This document shows positions 1 through 64,000 of a stretch of DNA of 64,000 bases, one piece after another. Below the pieces are notes generated by a model. The model saw only the letters and a list, made by a program, of their open reading frames with translations. It did not search any database and had not been told where the DNA came from. The position numbers were made by a program, and so were the translations under genes. Within the stretch, counting starts at the first letter, position 1; each line of letters begins with the position of its first letter. Source of the DNA: Octopus vulgaris (taxonomy: Eukaryota); NCBI GenBank assembly GCA_951406725.2, contig OX597819.1:90334001-90398000 (forward strand). Reading direction: 5' to 3'.

Positions 1-176
1 ACTGTGGGATTGAACCCAAAATCAAGTGGTTGAGAAGCAAACTTTTTACAACACAACTAAACCTGTGCTTGTTGAATAAATACACATGCTCCTTTTTATA
101 ACTCAACTGTTAGAAGTAAGGTCATTTGGTTAAATAAGAGAATTTATCTAATGTATAAACTAAACCACGCATGTAG

Positions 177-520
177 ATCATCATCATCATCATCGTTTAA
201 CGTCCGCTTTCCATGCTGGCATGGGTTGGACGATTTGACTGAGGACTGGCGAACCAGATGGCTGCACCAGACTCTAATCCGATCTGACAGAGTTTCTACA
301 GCTGGATGCCCTTCCTGACACCAACCACTTCGAGACTGTAGTGGGTGCTTTTACGTGCCACCAGCATGAAGGCCAGTCAAGTGGTACTGGCAACGGCAAC
401 GCTCAAATGGTGCTTTTTATGTTCCACCTGCACAGGAGCCAGTCCAGTGGCACTGACAACAACCTCGCTCGAATGTTTTTTTTCAAGTGCCTCCAGCACA
501 AATGCCAGTAAGGCGACGCA
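177..520 (-). mobile_element. RTE-type LINE 3' tail fragment ending in (GAT)n
   Basis: Reverse complement matches the 3' end of the RTE copy at 10068-10743 (ggacgttaaacgatgatg). Related tails at about 25630-25870, 40090-40310, 43070-43400, 47182-47650 and 59408-60050. Confidence 0.75.
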
Positions 521-1178
521 GGTACATCATGTAAAAATGGATATAAACAGTAAAAGAAATATCATCAATAATATCTGGCACTGATGACTGAGCATTAACA
601 ATTCTTTTATACTAAAGTGTATTTTGATCTACTCAAAAACCATTTCTTTGAAACTATAAAAACTGCTTAGTGAGCTGCAAGTTTTCAGGCAAACTATCAT
701 AAAATATTCAATTTCATAGATTTGTTTTATTACTGTATTTTCTGGCATACAAGTCAACTTAGTATATAGTACAAACATTCAAATGGCTTCACTATCTTTC
801 CAAATCCTGCTGCATTTCACATGGAATGTTTGGTCTTTCAAAGTTGTTATGGTGCAGAAGTTGACTACTTTTTTTTTTTGCTGGGGCTGTAAATTTTGGT
901 CTGAAAAATTTGACTTGTAAGCTCGAAAATATGATAATTCTTTCATTTTGAAACTGATACTCTGATTTATGACATTTTTTTTCATTTTGACGAGTGTTAT
1001 CCTTATTAGATTGTAGCTAAAATTATTTGGCTCAGGGGTCTAAATTCAAACACAGAGATTTCTGTACACTGATTGGATTATAATGTTTGAAATAAAAGTG
1101 CAAATGTAGCTAACAATTTACTAGTCTATTATACAGTTATAACTTCAGGTTATTTATTTCAATTCTGAAACTGAACAC

Positions 1179-1209
<31 letters not shown>

Positions 1210-1378
1210 TCTCTTCTGAAGACAAGTCCATGATGGAAATAGAATCCTAAATTGACTATGACTTATGAAATCGAGGGGAAAAAAATTAACAAAAAATAAA
1301 AACTAATTCCTATAAAATCACCTTAAAAGTGATTCTCCTGAGACACAAAATAAACATATTTTATTTTTTTTATTGCAG

Positions 1379-54128
<52,750 letters not shown>

Positions 54129-54540
54129 AGGGAATAACAACTTGAATCTCTTTCTACTAACATTTTGAAAAAAAAAACCATACAACAGCCTTCCCATTTT
54201 CCGTCCACCTTGCATCATTTACTTGCAATGGTGACACACTGAATCTTTCAGTTCACTTCTATGCTAAGCTATATCCATAATTGAAGAAAACAAAACAAAA
54301 ACAAACCCTTTGATATATATATATAAATAACATGTACATTTTCTTGTGCAGAATATCAGTGAAACTTTAATTCACTGAAAAATTATGCAAAGAATATCAA
54401 ATATCTGGAAATTATATTGATCTGCAGTGAAAAAAAAAAACCTTTTAAATATTTTAAATATTATTTCTTTTTTTTTTACATCTTTTTTCTTTTTTTCATG
54501 ATGTAAAGCTTTCCAATAATGACTACTTCTTATATATATA

Positions 54541-54571
<31 letters not shown>

Positions 54572-54641
54572 GCACACAAACACGTATCATACATACATAT
54601 AATATATATATATATATATGCACACAAACACGCATCATACA

Positions 54642-54685
<44 letters not shown>

Positions 54686-55439
54686 TCCAATATGCCAACT
54701 CTATATTTCTTTGTTTCAATATCTCTCTTTTATAAATTGCTAGCTACCTAGTTAGCTAGCTAATTCTCTTAATTTATAATTACTAATAATTGCTGGCAAC
54801 CTGTTAAGTTTGTTAAGAAATGATATCTTCTTCAATTAAGCAAAAATTAGTATTTACAACAAACAAAATCTGAGTCTCATTTATATTAGAATCCTGCCTT
54901 GCTTGACTTCCTCTAAAACATACACATATCTACACACACACATGCTCATGCACAAAAAACATACATATATACCCACATGTACATACACAAACTCACACAT
55001 ACTTCTAATCATAGTTTTCAGATTTGTCATTGAACAACTATTTTCTGTGGTTCACAAACTATTTGTGCCCATAAATTATTTTTTATCTCATTATTTTTTT
55101 AAATATTTAAACATCATATCTATCAATTTAAACACACACATACATGAAATACATATGCACACCTATCCACCACTCCCAATAAAAAAAGGGTGTGTATGTA
55201 TATAAATATGTGCGTATATATATATACACACACACATACTCTTTTACTGGTTTCGACCATTCTGCTGTGGTTATGCTGCAATCTGATAATGCAACTGATA
55301 TAGAGTGTCCTCTATGTTAACAATGATCATTATTTAACCTTGATTAACAAATCAACCATCATTTAAAATAAAAACTGTTTATTGCATGTGTATGTGTGTG
55401 TGTATTTCTACATGTATATATGTATGCATATATATATGC

Positions 55440-55491
<52 letters not shown>

Positions 55492-56699
55492 TCATGCACA
55501 TATATATGTATGTATATACATATATATAAAGTATCCTATAAATATATTCATTTTATATGATATAACTCAAAATACAGAATTTGAAAGGAATAAATTTTAT
55601 TTAAAAAAATTTTCAAAATCAAAATTTTTACTTGTATTTAGAGTGCTGTCCTTCTGATGAACAATCGTCTTTTGTTTTTTGTTTTTTGGGGGGTTTTTTT
55701 GCACTTGGATAAGTAATGTTTATTTCACATATTCATGCATGCACATACACACTATGTAAAGATGGCAATATGGTAAAGATATTTAGTATACGAAGTTCAT
55801 ACATTCAATCCAGCAACAAGATGAAGGTGTGCTTTAGACATACAATACTGAAATTGCAAGTGCTGTGAGTTGGCATAAATGAAGTGCTGAAGTAAATCAC
55901 CTAAGGTATTGTTTTCCTTCATTTACATTCTGAATTGAAACCCTACCAGGGTTGATAAGATAAATGCTGAAAATATACTGAATTCAGTCCATTAGATTAT
56001 AACCCACTCCAATAGAAGTTTTGTTTTTGGTTGGCCAGAATAATCCAAATGTTGCAAGAAGTATCATTCAGTGAAGCCTATGACTCTGCTGCTTCAATTT
56101 CTGGCTGTAACTATTTCACATATGTCAGTAGATAAACATTAGAATTTCCCATATAACCTCTATGCTCTTTTATAACTTCAAAAACATTATTTCAAGTTTT
56201 TAAAAATATCAAAAATTGCAAGCAACATTCGAAGATAAATTTCTCCATTGATGAAAACCCAGAAATGAACAGGGAAGATATTATCATTTGTAGGGGTGGG
56301 GGAGTTTATTAGGCAAAATGATACAGCTGCTGTATGGTCCTTTGAATTAAAGAATTGCATCTGACCAAGTTGATAGATGCCAAAGAATCAGCAGTCATAT
56401 CATATCAGCACTGCTCTGTGACCAAGACATCCTCTTTCTTATGCAGTCTGTCTATCAGTGTAATAAATACTAAATACACTTTACTATTATAAATATTCAT
56501 TGTCTTTAGAGAACAACTGTTGTGTTAGCTTGAAGTGATAAATTCAATCTTTACCCTTGCAATTCAGCCTTAGTAAAAGTGTTCACACTCACACGCTCCA
56601 TTTAACCAATTTTTACCCTGTCAATGCCAAAGTGGATCAGATATAAATGAGTTTGGAGACCACAGTTTGTTGTACATTCTAGCAATATATTTTATCAAA

Positions 56700-57075
56700 A
56701 ACAGAAAAGTCACTGCTTCCACATTTTAACCTTTGAGCCACAGACATGGTGTCTCCTCTTTGCCTTTTTCATCATTACTTTAGTGACCTCTGTTCCTTAG
56801 AACTGGCTGGTCTTGTGCTGCCTCGATTCAGGCACTCCCAATTCACTCATCTCCCCTCTTTACATCATCTGTATTATGTCCACCCTCAAAACCACCACCA
56901 CCAGGCTCTGCACTAACTACTACTAGGACCAGCCTTTACTCACAGAATGTCAGGTCTCTGGAATTCTCATCTTCTATGCATTTTAACTATAAGTGACTAA
57001 CGTTAACCACATCAATCTCACCAATCTCTGAGGACTTGAGAAGGCCTTGGGCATAACCACTTCCTACTGAGCAAG
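56700..57075 (+). mobile_element. Decayed CR1/L2-type LINE 3' end
   Basis: ctctggaattctc (LWNS) motif followed by aacgttaaccacatcaatctc; weak. Confidence 0.4.
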
Positions 57076-57380
57076 CCAATTTTTTTTTCTAAAGTTAACT
57101 CACTATTTTTTCTGATAAAAGTAACGTTTGAATATTGGTATGAAGTTAATTCCATTAAAAGTTATTTTCGAGTTTATTCAATTGACAAAGCAACTTCAAG
57201 ATCCAAACTTCACTTGAAATAAGTCCTTTACATAGTGAGATGTCAAGCATATCTTCCTCTTTCATCTTCCTTTTAGATTTAATCATTTAAATATGATTCA
57301 GATTCTTTTATTTTTTATGATGTAACAGCAGTGCTTAAGTTAGTTTTCTCTGAGCAACCTATTGAATTGATACTTTAGTA

Positions 57381-57581
57381 CAGTGGTTTTCAACCAGGGT
57401 TCTGCCAGTACAGTCCAGGGGTTCCGCAAGATGTTACAAAACTGCTAAAATCGGCAGTAATTTTTAATTCTCCTGTGCAGATATGTGTGCATAAGACTAT
57501 TAAATTATTGCACAGGGGTTCCTCGAGCCAGTGGAATGTTTCGTTGGGGTTCCGCTCCAGCAAAAATTTTGAAAAGCACTG
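57381..57581. mobile_element. hAT (Charlie/Buster-type) MITE, 201 bp
   Basis: TIRs CAGTGGTTTTCAA / TTGAAAAGCACTG; perfect 8-bp TSD CTTTAGTA at 57373-57380 and 57582-57589; ggggttcc subterminal repeats. Confidence 0.9.
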
Positions 57582-57639
57582 CTTTAGTAGTTAATGCCAC
57601 AGCTAATACATTTTCTGTGTTAAACTGAAGCACAACATA

Positions 57640-57965
57640 GCTCAAAGATGAGGTCTGTCTTCAGGTTGAGCCTAAAGGTTGTCTCTGAGAAGTCACAGCT
57701 CTGGCACTACAGACATGTGATTAGAATGTTGCAGGAAAGAACCACCAGACAGATTCTTCAAGTCATGCCAGCCAGCAGGAGACCTAGGAGTAGACTAAGA
57801 ATGAAATGGTTGGGTAATATCCTTAGTCTCAGTTGGTTTTGCTTGGGAATCCATCTGGAAAGTATTATGACAGTTGCTTCTGACAGAACCCTGTGGAGCA
57901 ATTGCCTGAGGACTCTACCCTCATGACCTTCCCAGGAATGGTAAGCACAGAAGATAGTCAGATAG
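57640..57965 (+). mobile_element. RTE-like LINE 3' fragment
   Basis: SQLWHYRHVIRM...RRPRSRLRMKW...DRTLW is a degenerate RTE C-terminus. Confidence 0.7.
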
Positions 57966-58749
57966 ATGGAGATAATACATTATTAACCTCATAGTCATGG
58001 GTTCAGAACATCACATAACCATTATTGGTTCTACTAAGGTCTGAATCATATTAATCTACTATTGTTTCAGTTTATCCAAATGAGAACAGCTTCTGTTCCT
58101 ACATTAGGAAATTAATTCATTAGCAGTAGGAAGGACATCCAGCTTTAAAATCGTTTGTCTCAACCCAAAAGGAATATCACAGCCATTTTACCATTTTACT
58201 AAGATAAATAGATATGAAACAACAAAACAAAATAAAATCAAGGCTAAAGAATAAATTGTAAAGATACAATGAGTATCTTTCTTTTGTCATTTATTTATTT
58301 CACTCACTGGACTGTAGCCATGCTATGGCACTGCCATAAAGGGTTTAGTCGAACACATCAACTCCAGTACTCTTTTATCAAACTGCTAAGTTATGGGGCT
58401 GTAAACAAACTAACATGGTTGTCAAGCAGTGATGGAGACAAACACAAGATACACACACACACACACACCACACACGCACACAATTTCTATCTGCTAAATT
58501 CATTTACAGTGCCCAAGGCCATAGTGGAAGACACCTGCCCAAGGTGTCATGCAGTGGGACTAAACCTGAAACCACATGGTTGCAAAGGAAGCAACTTAAC
58601 TATATCTATACCCGTATCTATATTGGAAAAATAAATAAATAAAAATGGATAGTGGTACAAAAATAAGCAGTTTTTTTTTGTGATCCAAATGAAGAAGATA
58701 ATTTCTTTCATAAAATAAACAGGAACAAGTTTAACAGGTACTTTGTATG

Positions 58750-58978
58750 TTAACCCTTCGGAATTCACATTATTCTGTCAAATGTAATACATATTTATTC
58801 ACATTGTTTTGAAATACTTATGCATGGTCTTGTATCTTTGAGATATCAATGATATGATTATTTATTCTCAAAATGACATTGTAGGTTAGGTGAGAGAGAC
58901 TGGATCTGGCCAGTTTGAACATAAAACAAGCAGAATATTTGGGCTGGATATGAGTCAGTTTAAATGCTGAAGTGTTAA
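58750..58978. mobile_element. TTAA-flanked MITE (same family as 2813-3041)
   Basis: ttaacccttcggaattc start, aatgctgaagtgttaa end; internal alignment to 2813-3041. Confidence 0.7.
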
Positions 58979-59344
58979 GATTGTATTTAAAGGGAAAATG
59001 TGAAGACTTTTTTTAATGTCAAAAATTAACTTAATAATTTGTGCAATTTTTCATGCTACCATAACTTATGTTCATGGATTTGGTGTTCATATGAAATCTT
59101 GTTATATTATCTTTTTTTAATACTACATTATTCTTAGCAGAAGAAAGTTTGACTTTGGGGTTCTGTCACCATAAGATAACTCTTATATTTATATATTAAC
59201 ATAAGAGTCGAGACATCTCTTATATTGATATAAAACACATTTAACTGTCAAAACCAACATTTGGTAAGAAAACGTGTATTAAAATCTTTCATTCAAGTGA
59301 GAATTTTATGTGTGTGTGTGTGTGTTTGTTATGTATCTATATGC

Positions 59345-59378
<34 letters not shown>

Positions 59379-59608
59379 ATAATATGATATAATATAATAT
59401 AATATGTATCATCATCATCATCATTATTTGATGTCCATTTTCTATGCTAGCATGGGTTGAACAGGTTGACCAGAGCTGGCAAGCTGGAGAGGTGAATGAG
59501 GTGCCAGTCTCATTTGTCCTGGTTTCTATGGCTGGATTCCCTTCATAATGCCACCCACTTTACAATGTGTTGGGAGCTTTTTATATGGTACTGTCACAGA
59601 TGGTTTTT

Positions 59609-59950
59609 CATCATCATTGTTCGACCGTGGTCGAGACAATGGAATTTACTATGCTACGCCAGGCTTCACAGTTCATCATAGCATTACGGAGGTCCTGTTG
59701 CTGGATGCCTGTATTCCTGGAGATTACATCAGGGTAGGAGAGTGTGTGCCCTTTGGTATCGCGAGTAGATGGCTTCCAGAGGAGAAGAGCAGAAATTACC
59801 TCGTTTTCAGCTCTACAACAATGTCCAGCAAACTGGATTCTTCTACCTTTCATAAGGAGGCGAGTGTAAGTTCCATCCAACAGCCTCTCAAGCTTCTTTG
59901 ATAACGTCCAGGTTTCTGAGCCATATAGTAGAATTGGTTCGACTGTGGTT
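59609..59950 (-). mobile_element. RTE-like LINE fragment with internal deletion, nested in an RTE-tail repeat
   Basis: VEPILLYGSETWTL...LDGTYTRLL and RRIQFAGHC motifs; (GAT)n tail; ggttttt on both sides. Confidence 0.75.
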
Positions 59951-62047
59951 TTTACATGGCACCAGCACAAGTGCTTTTCATACGACCCAGCACAGGTGCT
60001 TTTTATGCGACTCTGGCAAAAGTGCTTTTTATGTGGCTCATAAATTTATCCATCTGTGCATTTGTTATGTGTGTATATGTATACATATATGTTCATATAT
60101 ATGATTGTACGCGATTTAGTGGTTAGAGTGTTGTACTCACAATTGCATGATTATAGTTTCAATTCCTAGGTGAGTGGTGCATTGTGTTTTTAAGCAAAAA
60201 CGCTTCATTTCGTGTTACTCAAGTCCACTCAGCTGTAAATGGGTAACCCTGTAAAGGACTGGTATCTGTTCAGGTGGAATGTTGGCCTGCCCACTTACCA
60301 AGTGTGGTGGCATTATTTGACGGCCATTACACTCTAACCTATGGAAAACAGACATTAAATGATGATGATGCCGATGATGAACAAAGCAAGGTAATGCATT
60401 GCAACCAGTGATGTATAAATCACATCTGATAGCCTGGCTGAAGTTGTATATGGATAGATGAAGAACTGTTTATCTAAGTAAAGTTTATGTTTATACTATA
60501 TTGAAAGAGTGGTGTTTGGCAGAACCAACAGAGCAACGGTTAAATTTTAATTATATCCCATTACATTCTACCTTCTAATTACACTTTCAGTCCTTTTTCA
60601 TTCTGCATGAATTGATAAAATAAGTCCCACTTAAATACTGGTAGTGATTAAACTATACCTTATCCACAAATCTCTAGCTTTGTGCTTATATTACAAATCA
60701 ATATTTGTACAAGGCATTCAGAAAATGGATGAAATATACAACTATATTGAGTTTTGTTCTTTTGGTGACTGAGATCAAACTTCACTGACATCAATTTTGT
60801 TTTCATCTTTTTGAAATAATAGAAAAAAATTACATGCTGGAGTCAGTTCAAATAAGTTAAGTATTGTTACTATTTGTATAATACTAGTTTCAAATTTTGA
60901 CAGAATTCCATGGGAGGGATTAAGTTGATAAAATAAGTACTAGTGCTAAACTGGTACTTATTTTATCAGCCTCAGAACATCAAGACAGACAAAAGGTTGT
61001 TAAGCATTTTGCCTGGGTTGCTAACGATTCTGCCATCTTGCTACTATCCTATTTGTATAACCCTTTTGATACCAACCTGGCTGAAACTGGCTCTGGCTCT
61101 GTAGTACAAATGTTTTGTTTTCATAAGTTTTGAATTAAAATCTTCCACCAAACCTTAGTCACAATTTATATTCCTAACACTAACTGAATGATAACTAAGT
61201 TATTTTACAAAATTCTTTGTTAACTTTAAAATAATTGAAAGAAACACAGAGCATCTCAAAATAAATACGGTAATGAAAGGGATAAAGCTAAAAGTGTGAT
61301 GTTTAGAAATCATTAGCTTTGTGCCTTTGTAAAGAAAAAATTACACAATACAAATAATTAGTGTGTGTATGTGTGTTGAAAAAAATTTAATGCAAATTTT
61401 ATTAATTTGTGTGTGTGTATTTCCAAAATTCTGTGAAAACATCTTTGGCCATGGGGAAATATTACATTACTTGGAAACAGGTGAGGGTCAACAACAGGTA
61501 GGACATCTGACCATTGAAAATCTATCTCAATAAATTCCATCCAGACTATGATAGATAATTTTAAAAGGTGTTAAAGAGAGAATTTAAAGAAACAGAACAA
61601 AAAGAAAATAGAGAAAGAAGAAGAAAAAATTGCAGAGGTGGCTAAAAGAAAAAAAAGAAAGGGAAGTGAGAAGGAGAAAAGAAAGAAACAAAACATATAA
61701 AAAAGTATCATTTATAGTAATGTAATTCCCAATATAGACATGTAGCCCAGAAGCTGGCTTTCCAGTTGGCTGGTATGTATTGGTCCATGTGAGACACATA
61801 TTCTGATCATTAAAGCTTTGTAGAATTTTGTATTTCATCCATCAGAGGCTACACTTCTTGGTTTCATTTGTATAGGACTTTGGTTCTTTCAGGTACTGTC
61901 TATTTCATATCATATTCCATTTTCCTTTCTGTCCTTCAAATACTGTATACAGCCTGCCAATGATTATATATATATGTATGTATGAATACATGTATTTATG
62001 TATGTACGTACATATGTATGTATATGTATGTCTTTATGCATGTATGT

Positions 62048-62091
<44 letters not shown>

Positions 62092-62279
62092 TGTAGACCA
62101 AGTAGAAAGATGAATTTTATTCAACGCATAGATACTGAACAGTATATATATAAAGGATAAAATCCTTATATATATATATATATATACATATATGCACACA
62201 CACATATATATGCATATATATATATATACACACATACATATATATATATATATGTGTGTTTGTGTGTGTGTGTGAGTGA

Positions 62280-63900
62280 AAGGAGGATAATGATAAGGAG
62301 GAAAAAGAGATCCAGCAAAATAAACACTCTGTGCTTAGGAATGTTAATATTTTCACAGACGAAAGGGGTGGTGCTGACACAGTCTACATCATAATGGCCT
62401 TATAATTCTGAAGTGGGATCAGGGAACTGGGGAAATATTCAGAGGTTAACATAGCCAACAAGTTAGTTGGCCTCATTGGGGCCCATTCTTGTGTCCATTG
62501 TAACTCCAGTAAACTGTTGATAGGTATACCCCATGAAAGAAAAACTATCAAAGATAAGTAGAGGTTCAAACAGGTAAGGGAGAGTAGAGTTGCTAGGATG
62601 AAAAGTGATGCAGAGGTCAGGAAATTGACACAAAGCATAGAGATCCTTATCACGAGAGTTGATGGTATATAAAGAAATGATGTCCATGATGAAAAGAATG
62701 CAGAGGTGGGGAAAGTGAAGGAGTTGAAGGGGTCGAAGGCATTGTTGGTGTCAGGGATGTGGGAAGGAAACGCAGACATGAGGGAAGAATAAGGTGTCAA
62801 TTTAGGTAAAGATAAGCTCTGTAAGACGATTGCAGACAAAGGTAACTGGGAAGCTAAGGTTGTTGGGTTTGTGTACCTGGGGGGAGAAAAGTAAATGGTG
62901 AAAGTGTAAAGTGTACAATTGATGAGGTTAATGGTGGTAGAGGTACGTTGGAGGAAGTGATGTGTTGACAATTGGTGGAGATGCATTGTTGACAGCAGAT
63001 GGTGCCAGAAGGTAGAGGGCAGTTTAAGAGGGTGGTTGTAGACCGGTAAAGCATTTTGATCTTCTGAAAAATTACGGCAGTCTAATGTGCAGCAGCAGGC
63101 CTTAACAAAGCACCCTAGAGTGTTGGTCTGGTATGGGCTTAAGGTTCAGTAGATAGTCAATGGCTCAGATCTACAAAGCAATCAAAATTGTTCAGTGTAG
63201 AAAGAGAGCTGTTGCAAAGTGAGCTCAGTTTCAGGCAGCATAAGAACCGTTCAACTTCAGTTCAGGTTCACAATTCATCACAGGAGATTGTCCACTATAT
63301 GAAACACAGATCCTGACCCAGAAGGATGATTGGCTAACAAGAAGGGAGGGGATAATAATGGGCATGTGGGCAGGAAGAGAAGGTGATAGAGGTGGGATGA
63401 AGAGGATGAGTGTTGGATGACAATGGTGGTGAGTGTGTGATAGGGGTGGAATGAAAAGGGTATGTGGTGAGTGTAGTGGAATGAGAAGTGAAAGTAAGAT
63501 TGATAGAAGGTGAATGGGAAAGTATGATGGCTGCTGGAGGGCTGGGATGGGGTAACAAGTCGGATCTGCCTACCTTAATGGAAGTGAGGAGGTCAAGACG
63601 TCACTAGTTAAGATGGTGAATGAAGTAGAAGATGGGCTAAGCAAGGTGTGAGTGACAAGTGGAGCAGAGCCATGGAAAGGTCACAGTTAAAGATGCTGAT
63701 TTGAGAAAGGGTGGATTTGAGGATAACATGCATAAGAAGACAGGAAGAGTGAGTGAGGATGGTGTAACTTCAAGGAGGGGTAGTAGGAAGTGGAATGAAA
63801 GTAGGGTTGTTAAACAATGGGTAATGAATCAGAGATGAAAGCAGCAGGCTAGAAAGATGATGTGATTAAGTATTTTGGGAAGGAGATGAGAGAAAATGAG
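62280..63900 (-). mobile_element. Decayed Penelope-like retroelement (RT region about 62400-63050)
   Basis: MDIISLYT and FSFMGYTYQQFTGVTMDTRMGPNEAN resemble PLE RT motifs; frameshifted; ends approximate. Confidence 0.7.
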
Positions 63901-64000
63901 ACAAGATTTGAAGCAAAAATGTAGGTGATTGGAGAAAAGTTCTGATGTTATGCACACACACACAAACACACACATATGTATGTATAATCTCTTACCTAAA

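Noticed and set aside
1208-1282. CTGAAGA-CAAGTC...GACTTAT-GAAA hammerhead-like motif upstream of the microexon
   Set aside because: No stem III between GAAA and a cleavage triplet; apparent stem I is low-complexity CT/GA pairing
55178-55594. AATAAA hexamers (55178, 55367, 55589) as the copine poly(A) signal
   Set aside because: Frequent by chance in AT-rich DNA; cannot be chosen without 3'-end data

Overview
Eukaryotic, AT-rich, repeat-dense DNA. Its tRNA-derived SINEs, RTE 3' tails and (CA)n/(TA)n/(AAT)n load look like an octopus (coleoid cephalopod) genome; the species call is inference. One protein-coding gene is supported: the 3' part of a + strand copine (CPNE5/8/9-like; C2B and vWA domains). 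I reconstructed 14 exons from 1379 to 54128, all GT-AG and phase-consistent (1268 coding nt, stop at 54126-54128); the N-terminus and C2A lie upstream of the window. The introns hold a structurally complete but internally deleted Gypsy LTR element (TSD, PBS, PPT), RTE, Hero, R4/Dong, CR1/L2 and Penelope-like fragments, several MITEs (Harbinger, hAT, piggyBac-type, mariner) and many SINEs. Almost all ORF-track entries are microsatellite or repeat artefacts. The most unusual structures are a near-perfect ~113-bp foldback covering a frame-preserving cryptic exon with one TAA, a perfect 35-bp hairpin inside a SINE Pol III head, a duplicated decoy splice acceptor with an in-frame stop, and hammerhead-like cores in Penelope-like repeats. 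These are hypotheses; no new system is proven from sequence alone.
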